This document shows positions 49,458 through 57,787 of a stretch of 64,000 bases of DNA, one piece after another. Position numbers and translations under genes: made by a program. Under the pieces are notes generated by a model, which ran no database searches, had not been told where the DNA came from, and was given only the letters and a program-made list of their open reading frames with translations. This DNA comes from an archaeon GW2011_AR5. Lineage in GTDB: Archaea > Aenigmatarchaeota > Aenigmatarchaeia > GW2011-AR5. The first letter of the stretch is position 1, and every line of letters starts with the position of its first letter. Location of the stretch: contig JWKQ01000002.1 of NCBI GenBank assembly GCA_000806115.1, positions 256,815 through 320,814 of the forward strand, in the 5' to 3' direction.

Positions 49458-49958
49458 CTAAGCTTTCTTGGCTTCGCTCGCTGCACCATCAGGCTTTGTT
49501 ATGAGCCATACCGCAATTACTATGATTATCAGCCAGAAGGCAAGCGCCGCCACGCTCGAGTCAAGGTATACCTGGCCGACGAACGTGCCTGTGGAGCCGA
49601 GGAACAGCATTACTCCTATGAGAATCACTATTCCTACATATATCATTCCCTGACCCAGCTTCTTTTCATACCCAATCAATGCTAGGAACAGGATAATCAC
49701 AAGTATTCCTGCGAGGTACACCGACGCACCGCCGAACAGATTAATGAAGAAAGCTGCTAGTTGAGGTCCTGCCGCGCCTGTCACGAAGAAGGCTATTACG
49801 AATGAAAGCGCAAGATTAATTTTATCAGACTTCTTGTCTCCGAAAAGACCAAGTTTCGAAAGCAGTCCGTAAACGATTGCGAAAGTAAAAAGCCAAGGCA
49901 GAAGGAATCCGTAGAATTCCGGGCCGAGTATTGAAGCAGGGTTAAGCGAGAATGCCAT
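49458..49958 (-). CDS. 4-TM membrane protein, paralog family member 2
   Basis: ILGPEFYGFLLPWLFTFAIVYGLLSKLGLFGD...LALSFVIAFFVTGAAGPQLAAFFINLFGG. Confidence 0.8.
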   Translation of the reverse strand: MAFSLNPASILGPEFYGFLLPWLFTFAIVYGLLSKLGLFGDKKSDKINLALSFVIAFFVTGAAGPQLAAFFINLFGGASVYLAGILVIILFLALIGYEKKLGQGMIYVGIVILIGVMLFLGSTGTFVGQVYLDSSVAALAFWLIIIVIAVWLITKPDGAASEAKKA

Positions 49959-50000
49959 TTTGATTCACTTCTTATTATTTGATTGCGGGTGGTATATGTT

Positions 50001-50062
50001 CAAAGAACAAAGTTCTTTGGCATAACTGAAGCAATTTAATTATTCTATTGGGTTGCTTCAGT
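50001..50062 (-). other. Two hairpins in the 5' region of 49458..49958, one shared with the 30-kb wHTH leader
   Basis: CAAAGAAC-aaa-GTTCTTTG at 50001-50019 and ACTGAAGCAA-(18)-TTGCTTCAGT at 50025-50062. On the minus strand, TATA CGTATATATAC lies just upstream (about 50063-50072). Confidence 0.5.
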
Positions 50063-50106
50063 ATATATACGTTTTCTCGCCGATTTTCGCATTACGATGA
50101 AATCAC

Positions 50107-50568
50107 TCAGTCTCCTGTCTTGTAGACAAGCCAGAAGAACAGCAGCACGAACACGATGCCGACGCCCCACAGCACGACAGACGCGTCGAAGTTGCCGGGC
50201 AGGAACGCGAGGAACACGTCGGCAAAAGCGATTAGCAACAGGAACAATATGGCTATGACAACTATGAGCGGGAAGTAGTCTTTCGCTTGTTTGCTGTCCT
50301 TGCCCTCAAATATCTTCTTGACGAGCGCGAGGAAGAAAACGATAATCAACACGCTCGCTGCGATAGGTATGTACTGGCTCAGCGTAACCACTAGTGGCTC
50401 ATACAATACTGAGAACCCTGCTATGGCAAGCGCAAGAAGCGCATTGACACGCTTGTTGAAGTCGCCGACCTTGCTGTAGGAGAGCAGCCCGAATATCAAT
50501 GCAAAGACGAAAAGGAACGTGGAAAAGTAGGGAACCCATGCAGGGTCGATTAATGTTATTGTTGCCAT
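50107..50568 (-). CDS. 4-TM membrane protein, paralog family member 3 (more divergent)
   Basis: PAWVPYFSTFLFVFALIFGLLSYSKVGDF...ALLALAIAGFSVLYEP has the same length and topology as the other two members. Confidence 0.8.
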   Translation of the reverse strand: MATITLIDPAWVPYFSTFLFVFALIFGLLSYSKVGDFNKRVNALLALAIAGFSVLYEPLVVTLSQYIPIAASVLIIVFFLALVKKIFEGKDSKQAKDYFPLIVVIAILFLLLIAFADVFLAFLPGNFDASVVLWGVGIVFVLLFFWLVYKTGD

Positions 50569-50580
50569 GAATATTACCGT

Positions 50581-51225
50581 TTAATCCAGCCTGTCCTCTA
50601 TTCTCTGACGCTCGTCTATAAGCCTGTCAAGCGTCTCATTGAGGCGCCCTATATCACCCGTGCCTGACTTGCTATGGGCGCGTTCTATGTTCTTTTCCGT
50701 GCTTGCTATTCTTCTGTCTATGTCATGCAGCCGTTCTTTCAGGTATTTTCTCTCTGTGGGGCTGAGGGTCTTTGGAACACCGATAAGATGTCTGAGCTTC
50801 TTGTCGCCATGATCCACGTCATCATCATCTTGGTATCTTGATGCTCTGTTTCCGCCGCGCGAATATCCCCCGCCTTCGCCACGAGAGTATCCGCCGGCGC
50901 TGGGCCTGAAGTGGCGTGCGAGATAGCCGAGCACGCCGAGTATGAATATCAGGAATATGAAGTAGGGTCCTGAAAGCAAGGCGAAGAACGAATAATAACC
51001 GCCTGCTATGATAAAGAGGTACGCGCCCACGCCGAGCATTATGCGGAATTTCTTGTCAGGTATGATGCGCCCCGACATTATGTACAGCACCATTATTATG
51101 AAGATGGTGGGCACTATCAGGAACATTATCAGGTCCCTGTAGATGTTGCCGGTGAAAGGCTGGCCGGGATACTGCGACATTCCGAGAAGTTGTGCAAAAA
51201 TCATGTAGCCGATATCTTCTATCAT
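50581..51225 (-). CDS. Membrane protein with GGYSRG repeats and a C-terminal coiled coil
   Basis: Four TM helices, SAGGYSRGEGGGYSRGGNRASRYQDDDDVDHGD, then ERKYLKERLHDIDRRIASTEKNIERA...LDRLIDERQRIEDRLD. Confidence 0.75.
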   Translation of the reverse strand: MIEDIGYMIFAQLLGMSQYPGQPFTGNIYRDLIMFLIVPTIFIIMVLYIMSGRIIPDKKFRIMLGVGAYLFIIAGGYYSFFALLSGPYFIFLIFILGVLGYLARHFRPSAGGYSRGEGGGYSRGGNRASRYQDDDDVDHGDKKLRHLIGVPKTLSPTERKYLKERLHDIDRRIASTEKNIERAHSKSGTGDIGRLNETLDRLIDERQRIEDRLD

Positions 51226-51278
51226 TAATTAACTATGGTTGAAGGTTGAATAAAAAGATAATGCGAAAATGGAAAGAA

Positions 51279-51956
51279 TTAAGCAGTCATGCGAAGTTCT
51301 CTCATGGCGCGTTCTGCAAATGTGTCGAGCACTTCCCTGTCTCCTCTTGCATAAGCCGCCGCCATCTGGACTTCGAGAGGTCTTATTACCCTGTCGGCTC
51401 TTTTGTCATGTTCTATGCCATGCTTCAGTCTAAGGTGTTTTCCAAGGGCTTCGTGCGCTTTTACGCGCATGGCGTCTAGCCCATAAAGGTTTTCATTCAC
51501 GAAAGTGTTATAGCCGTGCTCAAGCCCGTCGCGCTCGGGCGCTCTCAGTCCCAGTGCCCAGCCTTTGTTTAGAATGTCTTTTTCAGAAAGCTCTATCTGC
51601 CTGTATCCGTGCTTTGCCATGTCTCTGAGCAGGTTCCTTTCCGCCATCTCGTAAGTGGGCATCCCGTTTCCTATTGCAAAATCCCCTCTTGAGTACGTAC
51701 CAGGAGCAGGAGGAAGCGTTGCAGGCCTTTCGCCTTGAGTGCCCTCGCGCTCTTTAGGAATAGCCTCATAGTGAGGAGTAATAACTCTTGCAACTTTTCT
51801 AAGCATTTTATAGGCGGAAGTCTTTGCTATTATTTCAGGTATGTATATCTCGACCTGTCCGTCTGTCTCGCCACGTTTTGTTTCCTCGATTGAAGGAGCT
51901 ATAGTGTAGCCTTCCAATGTTCCGCCTTTTTGGAATATTGATTTGGGTCTCGCCAT
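51279..51956 (-). CDS. Hypothetical protein (225 aa)
   Basis: Track ORF. AGGTG lies 6 nt upstream of the ATG, and it has a well-defined promoter module (51987-52017). No family recognised. Confidence 0.7.
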   Translation of the reverse strand: MARPKSIFQKGGTLEGYTIAPSIEETKRGETDGQVEIYIPEIIAKTSAYKMLRKVARVITPHYEAIPKEREGTQGERPATLPPAPGTYSRGDFAIGNGMPTYEMAERNLLRDMAKHGYRQIELSEKDILNKGWALGLRAPERDGLEHGYNTFVNENLYGLDAMRVKAHEALGKHLRLKHGIEHDKRADRVIRPLEVQMAAAYARGDREVLDTFAERAMRELRMTA

Positions 51957-51986
51957 ACATTACACCTGTATACTATATGGTTCGGA

Positions 51987-52017
51987 CCCCTATATATAGT
52001 TTTTCACTACTTAAGGG
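51987..52017 (-). promoter_or_regulatory. Promoter module TTAAGTAGT-N8-TATATA (copy 1)
   Basis: Minus strand reads CCCTTAAGTAGTGAAAAACTATATATAGGGG, 41 nt from TATA to the ATG. It is nearly identical to 60764-60797. Confidence 0.55.
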
Positions 52018-52034
52018 TAACAGTAATGCTGAGG

Positions 52035-52577
52035 CTAGCCCTTGTTGAAGAACTTGCCGTCAGCCATGCTGTCCCTTATTCCACTGAGCTCGCCGCGTCC
52101 TCCGAGCCTTGTTATCCATTTCACGGGCCCGTAGTAGCTGAACAAGCCGTTTGACATCCTGTTGACTGAAACTTCTATTTTACCTGTCATTCTGTTTACA
52201 TAGTGGAAACTGCCGTCGCTTTGCTCTTGTGGAACCAAGTATACCATCTCGTCGCCCGGGTCGTGCGCCTGAGCTTTGGATTCGCTCTTGCCGAAGCTGT
52301 CGTAGAACGCCATCGCGAACGTGTATTTCGTGCGGTCGTCTATGTTGGACTTGAACAGGCTTTTCAGCTGGCTGTTGCTGCCGTAGCCTGAGCTGTCCAG
52401 CCAACTTGCCAGTTTGTCGCCGTATGACGATTTGTAAGACTGGCGTTCTTGGCTGCCTGAATTATACCCGTACGTACTACTGTTTGTGCTTTGCCTGTAA
52501 TCGGGCTTTGAAGTGTCCGCTCCTGCTGCGAGGGCCGCTGAGAGCAGTCCGGCGGCGACTTTTTTCCACATCTCCAT
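52035..52577 (-). CDS. Secreted hypothetical protein (180 aa), Ser/Tyr/Gly-rich N-region
   Basis: Signal peptide MEMWKKVAAGLLSAALAAGA, then a low-complexity region STNSSTYGYNSGSQERQSYKSSYG and a globular C-terminal half. Confidence 0.7.
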   Translation of the reverse strand: MEMWKKVAAGLLSAALAAGADTSKPDYRQSTNSSTYGYNSGSQERQSYKSSYGDKLASWLDSSGYGSNSQLKSLFKSNIDDRTKYTFAMAFYDSFGKSESKAQAHDPGDEMVYLVPQEQSDGSFHYVNRMTGKIEVSVNRMSNGLFSYYGPVKWITRLGGRGELSGIRDSMADGKFFNKG

Positions 52578-52579
52578 AT

Positions 52580-52762
52580 CTACCGCCTCTCGTAAGCAGT
52601 CTGCAGCTTTGTCTGGTATCTGACCGGCTGGGCAGCCTGCCTGTTTATTGTTATCCTAGAAGGAATCTGGCCATGAGCTCTTTGAAGGTGTCTCACGAAT
52701 CTGTAAAGCTGGTCGCATGTGGTAGCGTGATTCAGGTAATTGTAACAAGCCATTCTTTTCAT
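52580..52762 (-). CDS. Possible 60-aa basic protein
   Basis: MKRMACYNYLNHATTCDQLYRFVRHLQRAHGQIP... GGTG lies 8 nt upstream of the ATG, and its stop is 2 nt from the next gene's start. Composition is only moderately protein-like. Confidence 0.35.
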   Translation of the reverse strand: MKRMACYNYLNHATTCDQLYRFVRHLQRAHGQIPSRITINRQAAQPVRYQTKLQTAYERR

Positions 52763-52984
52763 TTTTAACACCTTTTCGCATTTTCATTGAGTTGACCTCG
52801 TACCAATTCGGTCTTTTAACCACGGTATAAACATTTGGTTACTTCAAAAAATGGAATTCACAACCGATTCTATAGAGAATTCCTGGTCCAAAGAGGAGTA
52901 AAAGTAAGAAAATTAGTATATTAAAATTTACTTTTAAAAAATTTGTAAAACTTTATATATAAGAGTAAGATATAGTAATAGAAA

Positions 52985-53056
52985 GCGGAAAATGCAGGCT
53001 GTCTACCTGCAGCCCGGGAACCACACCTCCCGATTTTCCGCCGTTTTTTATTTTTT
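52985..53056 (+). ncRNA. Candidate small structured RNA or vapBC leader (three-way junction + oligo-T)
   Basis: The closing helix is GCGGAAAAT (52985-52993) with ATTTTCCGC (53033-53041). It encloses GCAGG-ctgtcta-CCTGC and CGGGA-accacacc-TCCCG, followed by TTTTTTATTTTTT (53044-53056). TATA AAAACTTTATATATAAG lies at 52947-52963. Confidence 0.35.
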
Positions 53057-53090
53057 CAGGAGTCGCTTCTTTGGGATTGATGGCCGTCAG

Positions 53091-53312
53091 ATGATTGTTA
53101 TGGAAACAACGATTTCGTCAAAGGGACAGCTGGTGATTCCGAAGTACCTGCGCGACGCGCTCGGCCTGAAGCCCGGAAGCATCGTCATGATAACAAAAGT
53201 GGAGAACAAGCTGATTCTTGTGCCGAAGCCGGAAGATCCTGTGAAAGGACTGGTTGAAGCCGGGCAGCATATCGCCATGAAGAACATACGGCGCCACATA
53301 AAAGAAGAATAG
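53091..53312 (+). CDS. vapB: AbrB/SpoVT-domain antitoxin (VapB-type)
   Basis: METTISSKGQLVIPKYLRDALGLKPGSIVMITKVENKLILVP is the swapped-hairpin AbrB motif. The N-terminal extension of the track ORF is rejected; the start is 53091 or 53100. Confidence 0.8.
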   Translation: MIVMETTISSKGQLVIPKYLRDALGLKPGSIVMITKVENKLILVPKPEDPVKGLVEAGQHIAMKNIRRHIKEE

Positions 53313-53378
53313 CACCGATCTTTTTCTTGGAAGAAAAAGCTAGGTATCCCAAAAAGAACATATTACAAAGGTGAAATC

Positions 53379-53801
53379 ATGCCTGAAAAAGGAAAGATTT
53401 ATCTCGACACGTTCGTCTTCATGGATATCCTTTCCGGCGGGGAAGACAGCAAAAAAGCCGAATTTTATCTTAACAAAATGAAAGAGCAGAAGTGCGTTGT
53501 TTCGTCAATTCTTTTCGCAGAGCTGGCATTCCACCTCAAGCGGAAGCGCGGCAAGGAGAAGACGGCGGAAATCCTTCTCTACATCAGTTCGCTGCCGAAT
53601 CTCGAGATTGTGCCGGTTACGATGGAAATAGCAAAGACGGCGGGCATGCTCCGCGCTCATTACTCGAAGCGCATACCCAAGAAGCTTACATATTTTGATT
53701 CAATACATATAGCGACTGCGATGGCTAGCGACTGTGATAAGTTTGTCACAGGCGACCGCGGATTTAGAGATGTGAAAGAAGTTGAGATGGAGATATATTG
53801 A
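53379..53801 (+). CDS. vapC: PIN-domain ribonuclease toxin (VapC)
   Basis: IYLDTFVFMDIL (Asp1), ..LFAELAF (Glu), ..YFDSIHIATA (Asp), ..FVTGDRGF (Asp): the four PIN acidic positions in the correct order. Size is 140 aa. Confidence 0.85.
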   Translation: MPEKGKIYLDTFVFMDILSGGEDSKKAEFYLNKMKEQKCVVSSILFAELAFHLKRKRGKEKTAEILLYISSLPNLEIVPVTMEIAKTAGMLRAHYSKRIPKKLTYFDSIHIATAMASDCDKFVTGDRGFRDVKEVEMEIY

Positions 53802-54511
53802 TGCTTAATCCGAAAAAGCGCGAAGCTCTCACTGCGAAGAAAATTCTTGATTTGTACAAGGAGGGACGCCGGGACTTCTCGGGAATAATATGCCAAAACG
53901 ATTCCTTTGACAACTTTGACCTGAAAGGAATAATATTCAAAAAAGCCGACCTCAGCTATTGCAGCTTTTACGGCACGAATCTCGAGGGCGCAGATTTCAG
54001 CGAAGCCCAGCTCGAATGGACGGGCTTCATCAGGGCGAACCTGAAGCGCGCCAGCTTCGAAAAGGCGCGCGCGACATGGTCAAGGTTTAATGAAAGTCTG
54101 CTGGAAAAAACAAATTTCAGGGGCGCAGATTTGTCATGGACGCTTTTCTTCAACACGAACCTATACGGAGGTGCGGAACTGACGGGCGCGATAACCGCCA
54201 CCGTCGCCACAGATCCGTCTCAGATAACGGCAGAAGGCATGTCAAAGCTCGCGGAGAAGCTTGGGAGCATGAAAGGAAAGATGGATCCCGAACTTTTGAC
54301 GCGTCTACAGTTAATCGCAAGTTCGACAAAAGAAAAAACAGGAAAGGAAGGGGAACCGGCGAGGATGGAAAAATACGGGCATAAGACTTCAGACACTTAC
54401 TCTGCAAAAGGCGGCGCTCAGGGAGATTATCACGGCAACGGCGCGAAAGGCGTTGAATACGGCGCAGCGGGTTACACAGGCAAAAAGAAGAAAAAGGACG
54501 CTTACGAATAG
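53798..54511 (+). CDS. Pentapeptide-repeat protein (paralog of 26608..27300)
   Basis: FDLKGIIFKKADLSYCSFYGTNLEGADFSEAQLEWTGFIRANLKRASFEKARATWSRFNESLLEKTNFRGADLSWTLF. It overlaps the vapC stop by 4 nt. Confidence 0.8.
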   Translation: MMLNPKKREALTAKKILDLYKEGRRDFSGIICQNDSFDNFDLKGIIFKKADLSYCSFYGTNLEGADFSEAQLEWTGFIRANLKRASFEKARATWSRFNESLLEKTNFRGADLSWTLFFNTNLYGGAELTGAITATVATDPSQITAEGMSKLAEKLGSMKGKMDPELLTRLQLIASSTKEKTGKEGEPARMEKYGHKTSDTYSAKGGAQGDYHGNGAKGVEYGAAGYTGKKKKKDAYE

Positions 54512-54587
54512 GACATTTTTCGCTAATTCTGTAGGTTAAATAAAAGCCTTAAAAACCCTGTATACAAGTTATCTTGGGTGAATTTAA

Positions 54588-54743
54588 ATGGCAGCAGATG
54601 GAGCAACATGGGCAGTTGCCGTAGCCTTCGTCTTGCTTGGATTGCTAGGTTTGGCATATCCTGCAGGAGCCAGCGGAGTTAACTGGGTAGTATCCGGTAT
54701 AGTTTCGCTGATAGTTGGCTGGGGAATGAACAGGAAAAAGTAA
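54588..54743 (+). CDS. 51-aa two-TM mini membrane protein
   Basis: Hand translation gives MAADGATWAVAVAFVLLGLLGLAYPAGASGVNWVVSGIVSLIVGWGMNRKK. GGGTGA lies 6 nt upstream. It is followed by CTGGA-taag-TCCAG and oligo-T runs. Confidence 0.55.
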   Translation: MAADGATWAVAVAFVLLGLLGLAYPAGASGVNWVVSGIVSLIVGWGMNRKK

Positions 54744-54928
54744 CTGGATAAGTCCAGCAAAAAGGCAAATTTTTTCTTTTTTGTAAATTCTGTTTTCTTT
54801 TGATTATAGATTGATTAGCTTTAGCTGCAAGCAATAAACTAAAACGAAGATATTTTTAGAATGGCAGCTTACCAGGCATGTTCTCTCGTTTCGACAAGAG
54901 CAGTCCCTCTATGTTGTGACATAAGTTC

Positions 54929-55249
54929 TTATGCCCGCCTTACAGCTGCGTGGACATCTCTGGCTGCTTCGTAGTGAGGAACCTTACCCTCGACCCCAGA
55001 ATGGTCGGTTATGGCCGAGCATAAAATTCCGTTCAGCACCTGTCGCCTACCATGTCCGTATCCGTTTTGCGTCCCGCGCGACAGGAATGTCGCGCCCGTT
55101 CCTTCTGCTCGCGGAACACGTTCGTCTTTATACACATGTTCAGCCAGGTCTCTCCATTGCTGTTGATTCAGCAAGTTGTACGGTTCAGATCTTGCAAGCC
55201 TACTGGCAAGCGCTATTTTCATATAATCTGGAAGTTTTTGTCCTTTCAT
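54929..55249 (-). CDS. Hypothetical protein (106 aa)
   Basis: MKGQKLPDYMKIALASRLARSEPYNLLNQQQWRDLAEHVYKDE... TATA-like TTATAAAGAC lies about 28 nt upstream. The competing plus-strand ORF 54931..55368 looks less protein-like. No family recognised. Confidence 0.4.
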   Translation of the reverse strand: MKGQKLPDYMKIALASRLARSEPYNLLNQQQWRDLAEHVYKDERVPRAEGTGATFLSRGTQNGYGHGRRQVLNGILCSAITDHSGVEGKVPHYEAARDVHAAVRRA

Positions 55250-55345
55250 TTGAATCACTAATAACGATGATGCCAGTCTTTATAAATTTGACTTTTATCT
55301 TTTTCCTACATAGTTCTGGCATGGATTTGGTGATGGGGCGAATAG

Positions 55346-56395
55346 ATGGCAACGATAAAGTCCAGTGAACTGAAAAAAAAGCTTGATTCAGGCGAGAAGC
55401 TCGTGATACTCGATGTCAGGGAGCCCTTCGAGTTTGTCGACTGGCACATACCGGGCGCAATCAATGTCCCTGTCTCGCGCGTAATGAGAAACCCTGAACT
55501 GGACGTTCCAAAAGATTCGGAAATTATAGCTGTCTGCGCCCATGGCATGCGCAGCGCAGCAGCAACACGCTATCTCATAATGGCAGGATTCGAAAATGTC
55601 AGCTCGCTGGAAGGCGGCATGGTGGAATGGAACGGCGTTTACGATGTTGTAAGGATAAACGAAAACGTTCTGCAGATACGCCGCATAGGAAAAGGATGCC
55701 TGGGCTATGTGATTGCCGGCGGCGGCGAAGCCGTGGTAATCGACCCGACAGTCGACATTGATGTTTTCATCAGAGCTGCAGGCGCCAGCAGGATAACGGC
55801 GGTGCTTGATACGCATGCGCACGCCGATCACGCAAGCGGCGGCAGGATGCTTGCGAAGAAGCTTGGCATTCCGTATTATGCGCCAAGTGAGGTGGGCGTC
55901 ACCGAAACGATTTTCGACGGCGATGAAATCCCTTTCGGATCGCTTGCGCTCAAAGCCGTCGCGGCTCCCGGCCACACGCCCGGCAGCTTGGTTTATCATG
56001 TCAATCGCTTTCTCTTCACAGGCGACACGCTCTTTACAGACAGCGTAGGACGCCCTGATCTCGGGCAAGAAGCGGGCGAAGCGTCGCCGGTGCTTTATGA
56101 CACTGTTCAGAAGCTCCTTGCGATGCCTGATAACACGCTCGTACTTCCGGCACATGCTGAAATAGAAAACATAAAGCATGGAACGCCAATAATCGAGGCG
56201 CTTGAAGAAGTTAAGGAGCTTCCGGCGCTCAGGAAGTCGAGGGAAGAATTCGTGCAATGGCTCGCGGGGTTCAGCCGCCCGGCGCCCGAGAACTTCGAGA
56301 TATTGAAAGAATACAACACGGGAAAGATAGTCATAGACTCGATTGACGAGTTCCGAGAGCTCGAGGCGGGCGCCAATCGGTGCGCCGTGAAATAG
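55346..56395 (+). CDS. Rhodanese + metallo-beta-lactamase-fold fusion (persulfide dioxygenase-like)
   Basis: The rhodanese domain has active-site loop AVCAHGMRS. The MBL domain has VLDTHAHADHASGG (HxHxDH), APGHTPGS and LPAHAE. Confidence 0.85.
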   Translation: MATIKSSELKKKLDSGEKLVILDVREPFEFVDWHIPGAINVPVSRVMRNPELDVPKDSEIIAVCAHGMRSAAATRYLIMAGFENVSSLEGGMVEWNGVYDVVRINENVLQIRRIGKGCLGYVIAGGGEAVVIDPTVDIDVFIRAAGASRITAVLDTHAHADHASGGRMLAKKLGIPYYAPSEVGVTETIFDGDEIPFGSLALKAVAAPGHTPGSLVYHVNRFLFTGDTLFTDSVGRPDLGQEAGEASPVLYDTVQKLLAMPDNTLVLPAHAEIENIKHGTPIIEALEEVKELPALRKSREEFVQWLAGFSRPAPENFEILKEYNTGKIVIDSIDEFRELEAGANRCAVK

Positions 56396-56433
56396 TTTTT
56401 TCGATTTTTATATGCTAGTTCTCAAGTATTATC

Positions 56434-57753
56434 ATGGACTATTCTCCAGCCGTAAAAAGGTTGCTGTCGAAGGAAAAAGTCGGCATCGGCGACCGCGTTC
56501 ACATCGAGAAAGGCAAGAACTCTTTCGAAGGCATAGTGATGCCGAACACCGGGCAGCCCGATTTGCTTGTCGTCAAGTTGAGCAATGGTTACAATATAGG
56601 GCTCGAAACCGAGGACATAAAAATAAAGAAGCTCCCTGAGTTGAAGAAGCCCCTGCCGAAGAAATTCAGGCATGAATACGACAAGAGCAAAAAGACGATT
56701 CTAATTCTGCACACCGGCGGGACAGTGGCGTCGAAGATTGATTACGAGACAGGCGCAGTCTCCGCTTCCGTCGAGCCGGAAGATCTTCTTGCATCGATGC
56801 CTGAACTCGCGAAGATTGCAAATATACGGACAGAAATGGTTTTCCAGATGTATTCCGGCGACATGGAGCCTGAACACTGGATAGAGCTGGCAAAGAAAGT
56901 GGCGCAGGAGCATGAACGGTTCGACGGGATAATAATAACGCACGGCACCGACACAATACATTACACGACCGCCGCGCTCTCGTTCATGCTGCAGAATATT
57001 CCAAAGCCCGTAATATTTGTAGGCAGCCAGAGGAGCAGTGACCGCGGGAGCAGCGACGCGGCAATGAACATGATATGCGCGGCCCACTTCATAGTGGGGG
57101 GCAATTTCAAAGGCATCGCGCTCTGCATGCACGCAAACATGAACGACGACGACTGCTACATCCATTCTGGTCTACACGTGAGGAAGATGCACACCTCGCG
57201 GCGCGATTCGTTCAGGAGCATAGATGTCCTGCCCATAGCCAGGGTGTCAAAGACGGGAAACATCGAGGCGCTTTATGATTTTAGGACTAAAGGGGAATAC
57301 AAGTCCCTCCCAGTCTTTAACAAAAAAGTTGCGATAGTAAAGATACACCCCGGATTCAACTACAAGCTCCTGGAATTTTTCGAGAAAGCGGGTTACAAGG
57401 GCATTGTGCTCGAAGGTACTGGGCTCGGGCACGCGCCTGTGGACGTTCTCGACAAGTACACCAGGCACCATGCGCTTGTGCTTTCTGCAATAAAGCGGCT
57501 TGCAAAAAACAGCGTGGTTGCTATGACGTCCCAATGCCTGTACGGCAAAGTGAACATGAACGTCTACTCATACGGGCGCAAGCTGCTCGAAGCCGGGGTC
57601 GTGCCGGTGCAGATGACGCCGGAAACGGCATATGTTAAGCTCGGCTGGGTGCTGGGGCACACGAAGAACGCTGAGGCGGCGAAGAACCTGATGCAGATGA
57701 ATTTAATCGGCGAGCAGGTTGAGCGCATCGATCCCAGGGCATTTTTATTCTGA
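56434..57753 (+). CDS. gatD: Glutamyl-tRNA(Gln) amidotransferase subunit D
   Basis: N-terminal GDRVHIEKGKNSFEGIVMP domain plus an asparaginase-like core ILHTGGTVASKIDYETGAVS...ITHGTDT. Confidence 0.95.
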   Translation: MDYSPAVKRLLSKEKVGIGDRVHIEKGKNSFEGIVMPNTGQPDLLVVKLSNGYNIGLETEDIKIKKLPELKKPLPKKFRHEYDKSKKTILILHTGGTVASKIDYETGAVSASVEPEDLLASMPELAKIANIRTEMVFQMYSGDMEPEHWIELAKKVAQEHERFDGIIITHGTDTIHYTTAALSFMLQNIPKPVIFVGSQRSSDRGSSDAAMNMICAAHFIVGGNFKGIALCMHANMNDDDCYIHSGLHVRKMHTSRRDSFRSIDVLPIARVSKTGNIEALYDFRTKGEYKSLPVFNKKVAIVKIHPGFNYKLLEFFEKAGYKGIVLEGTGLGHAPVDVLDKYTRHHALVLSAIKRLAKNSVVAMTSQCLYGKVNMNVYSYGRKLLEAGVVPVQMTPETAYVKLGWVLGHTKNAEAAKNLMQMNLIGEQVERIDPRAFLF

Positions 57754-57787
57754 TTTTTATGATAATCAAAAAATTCAGGTGATTCTT

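Noticed and set aside
28472-50062. Possibility that the clustered hairpins are a CRISPR array or degenerate CRISPR
   Set aside because: There is no constant repeat unit: every stem has a different sequence, spacing is irregular, the clusters are only 70-170 nt long, and no cas genes are present.
55388-56257. 289-aa minus-strand ORF opposite the rhodanese-MBL gene
   Set aside because: The plus frame has the HxHxDH and rhodanese CxxxxxR(S) signatures. The antisense product is Arg/Cys/His-rich with no recognisable features.
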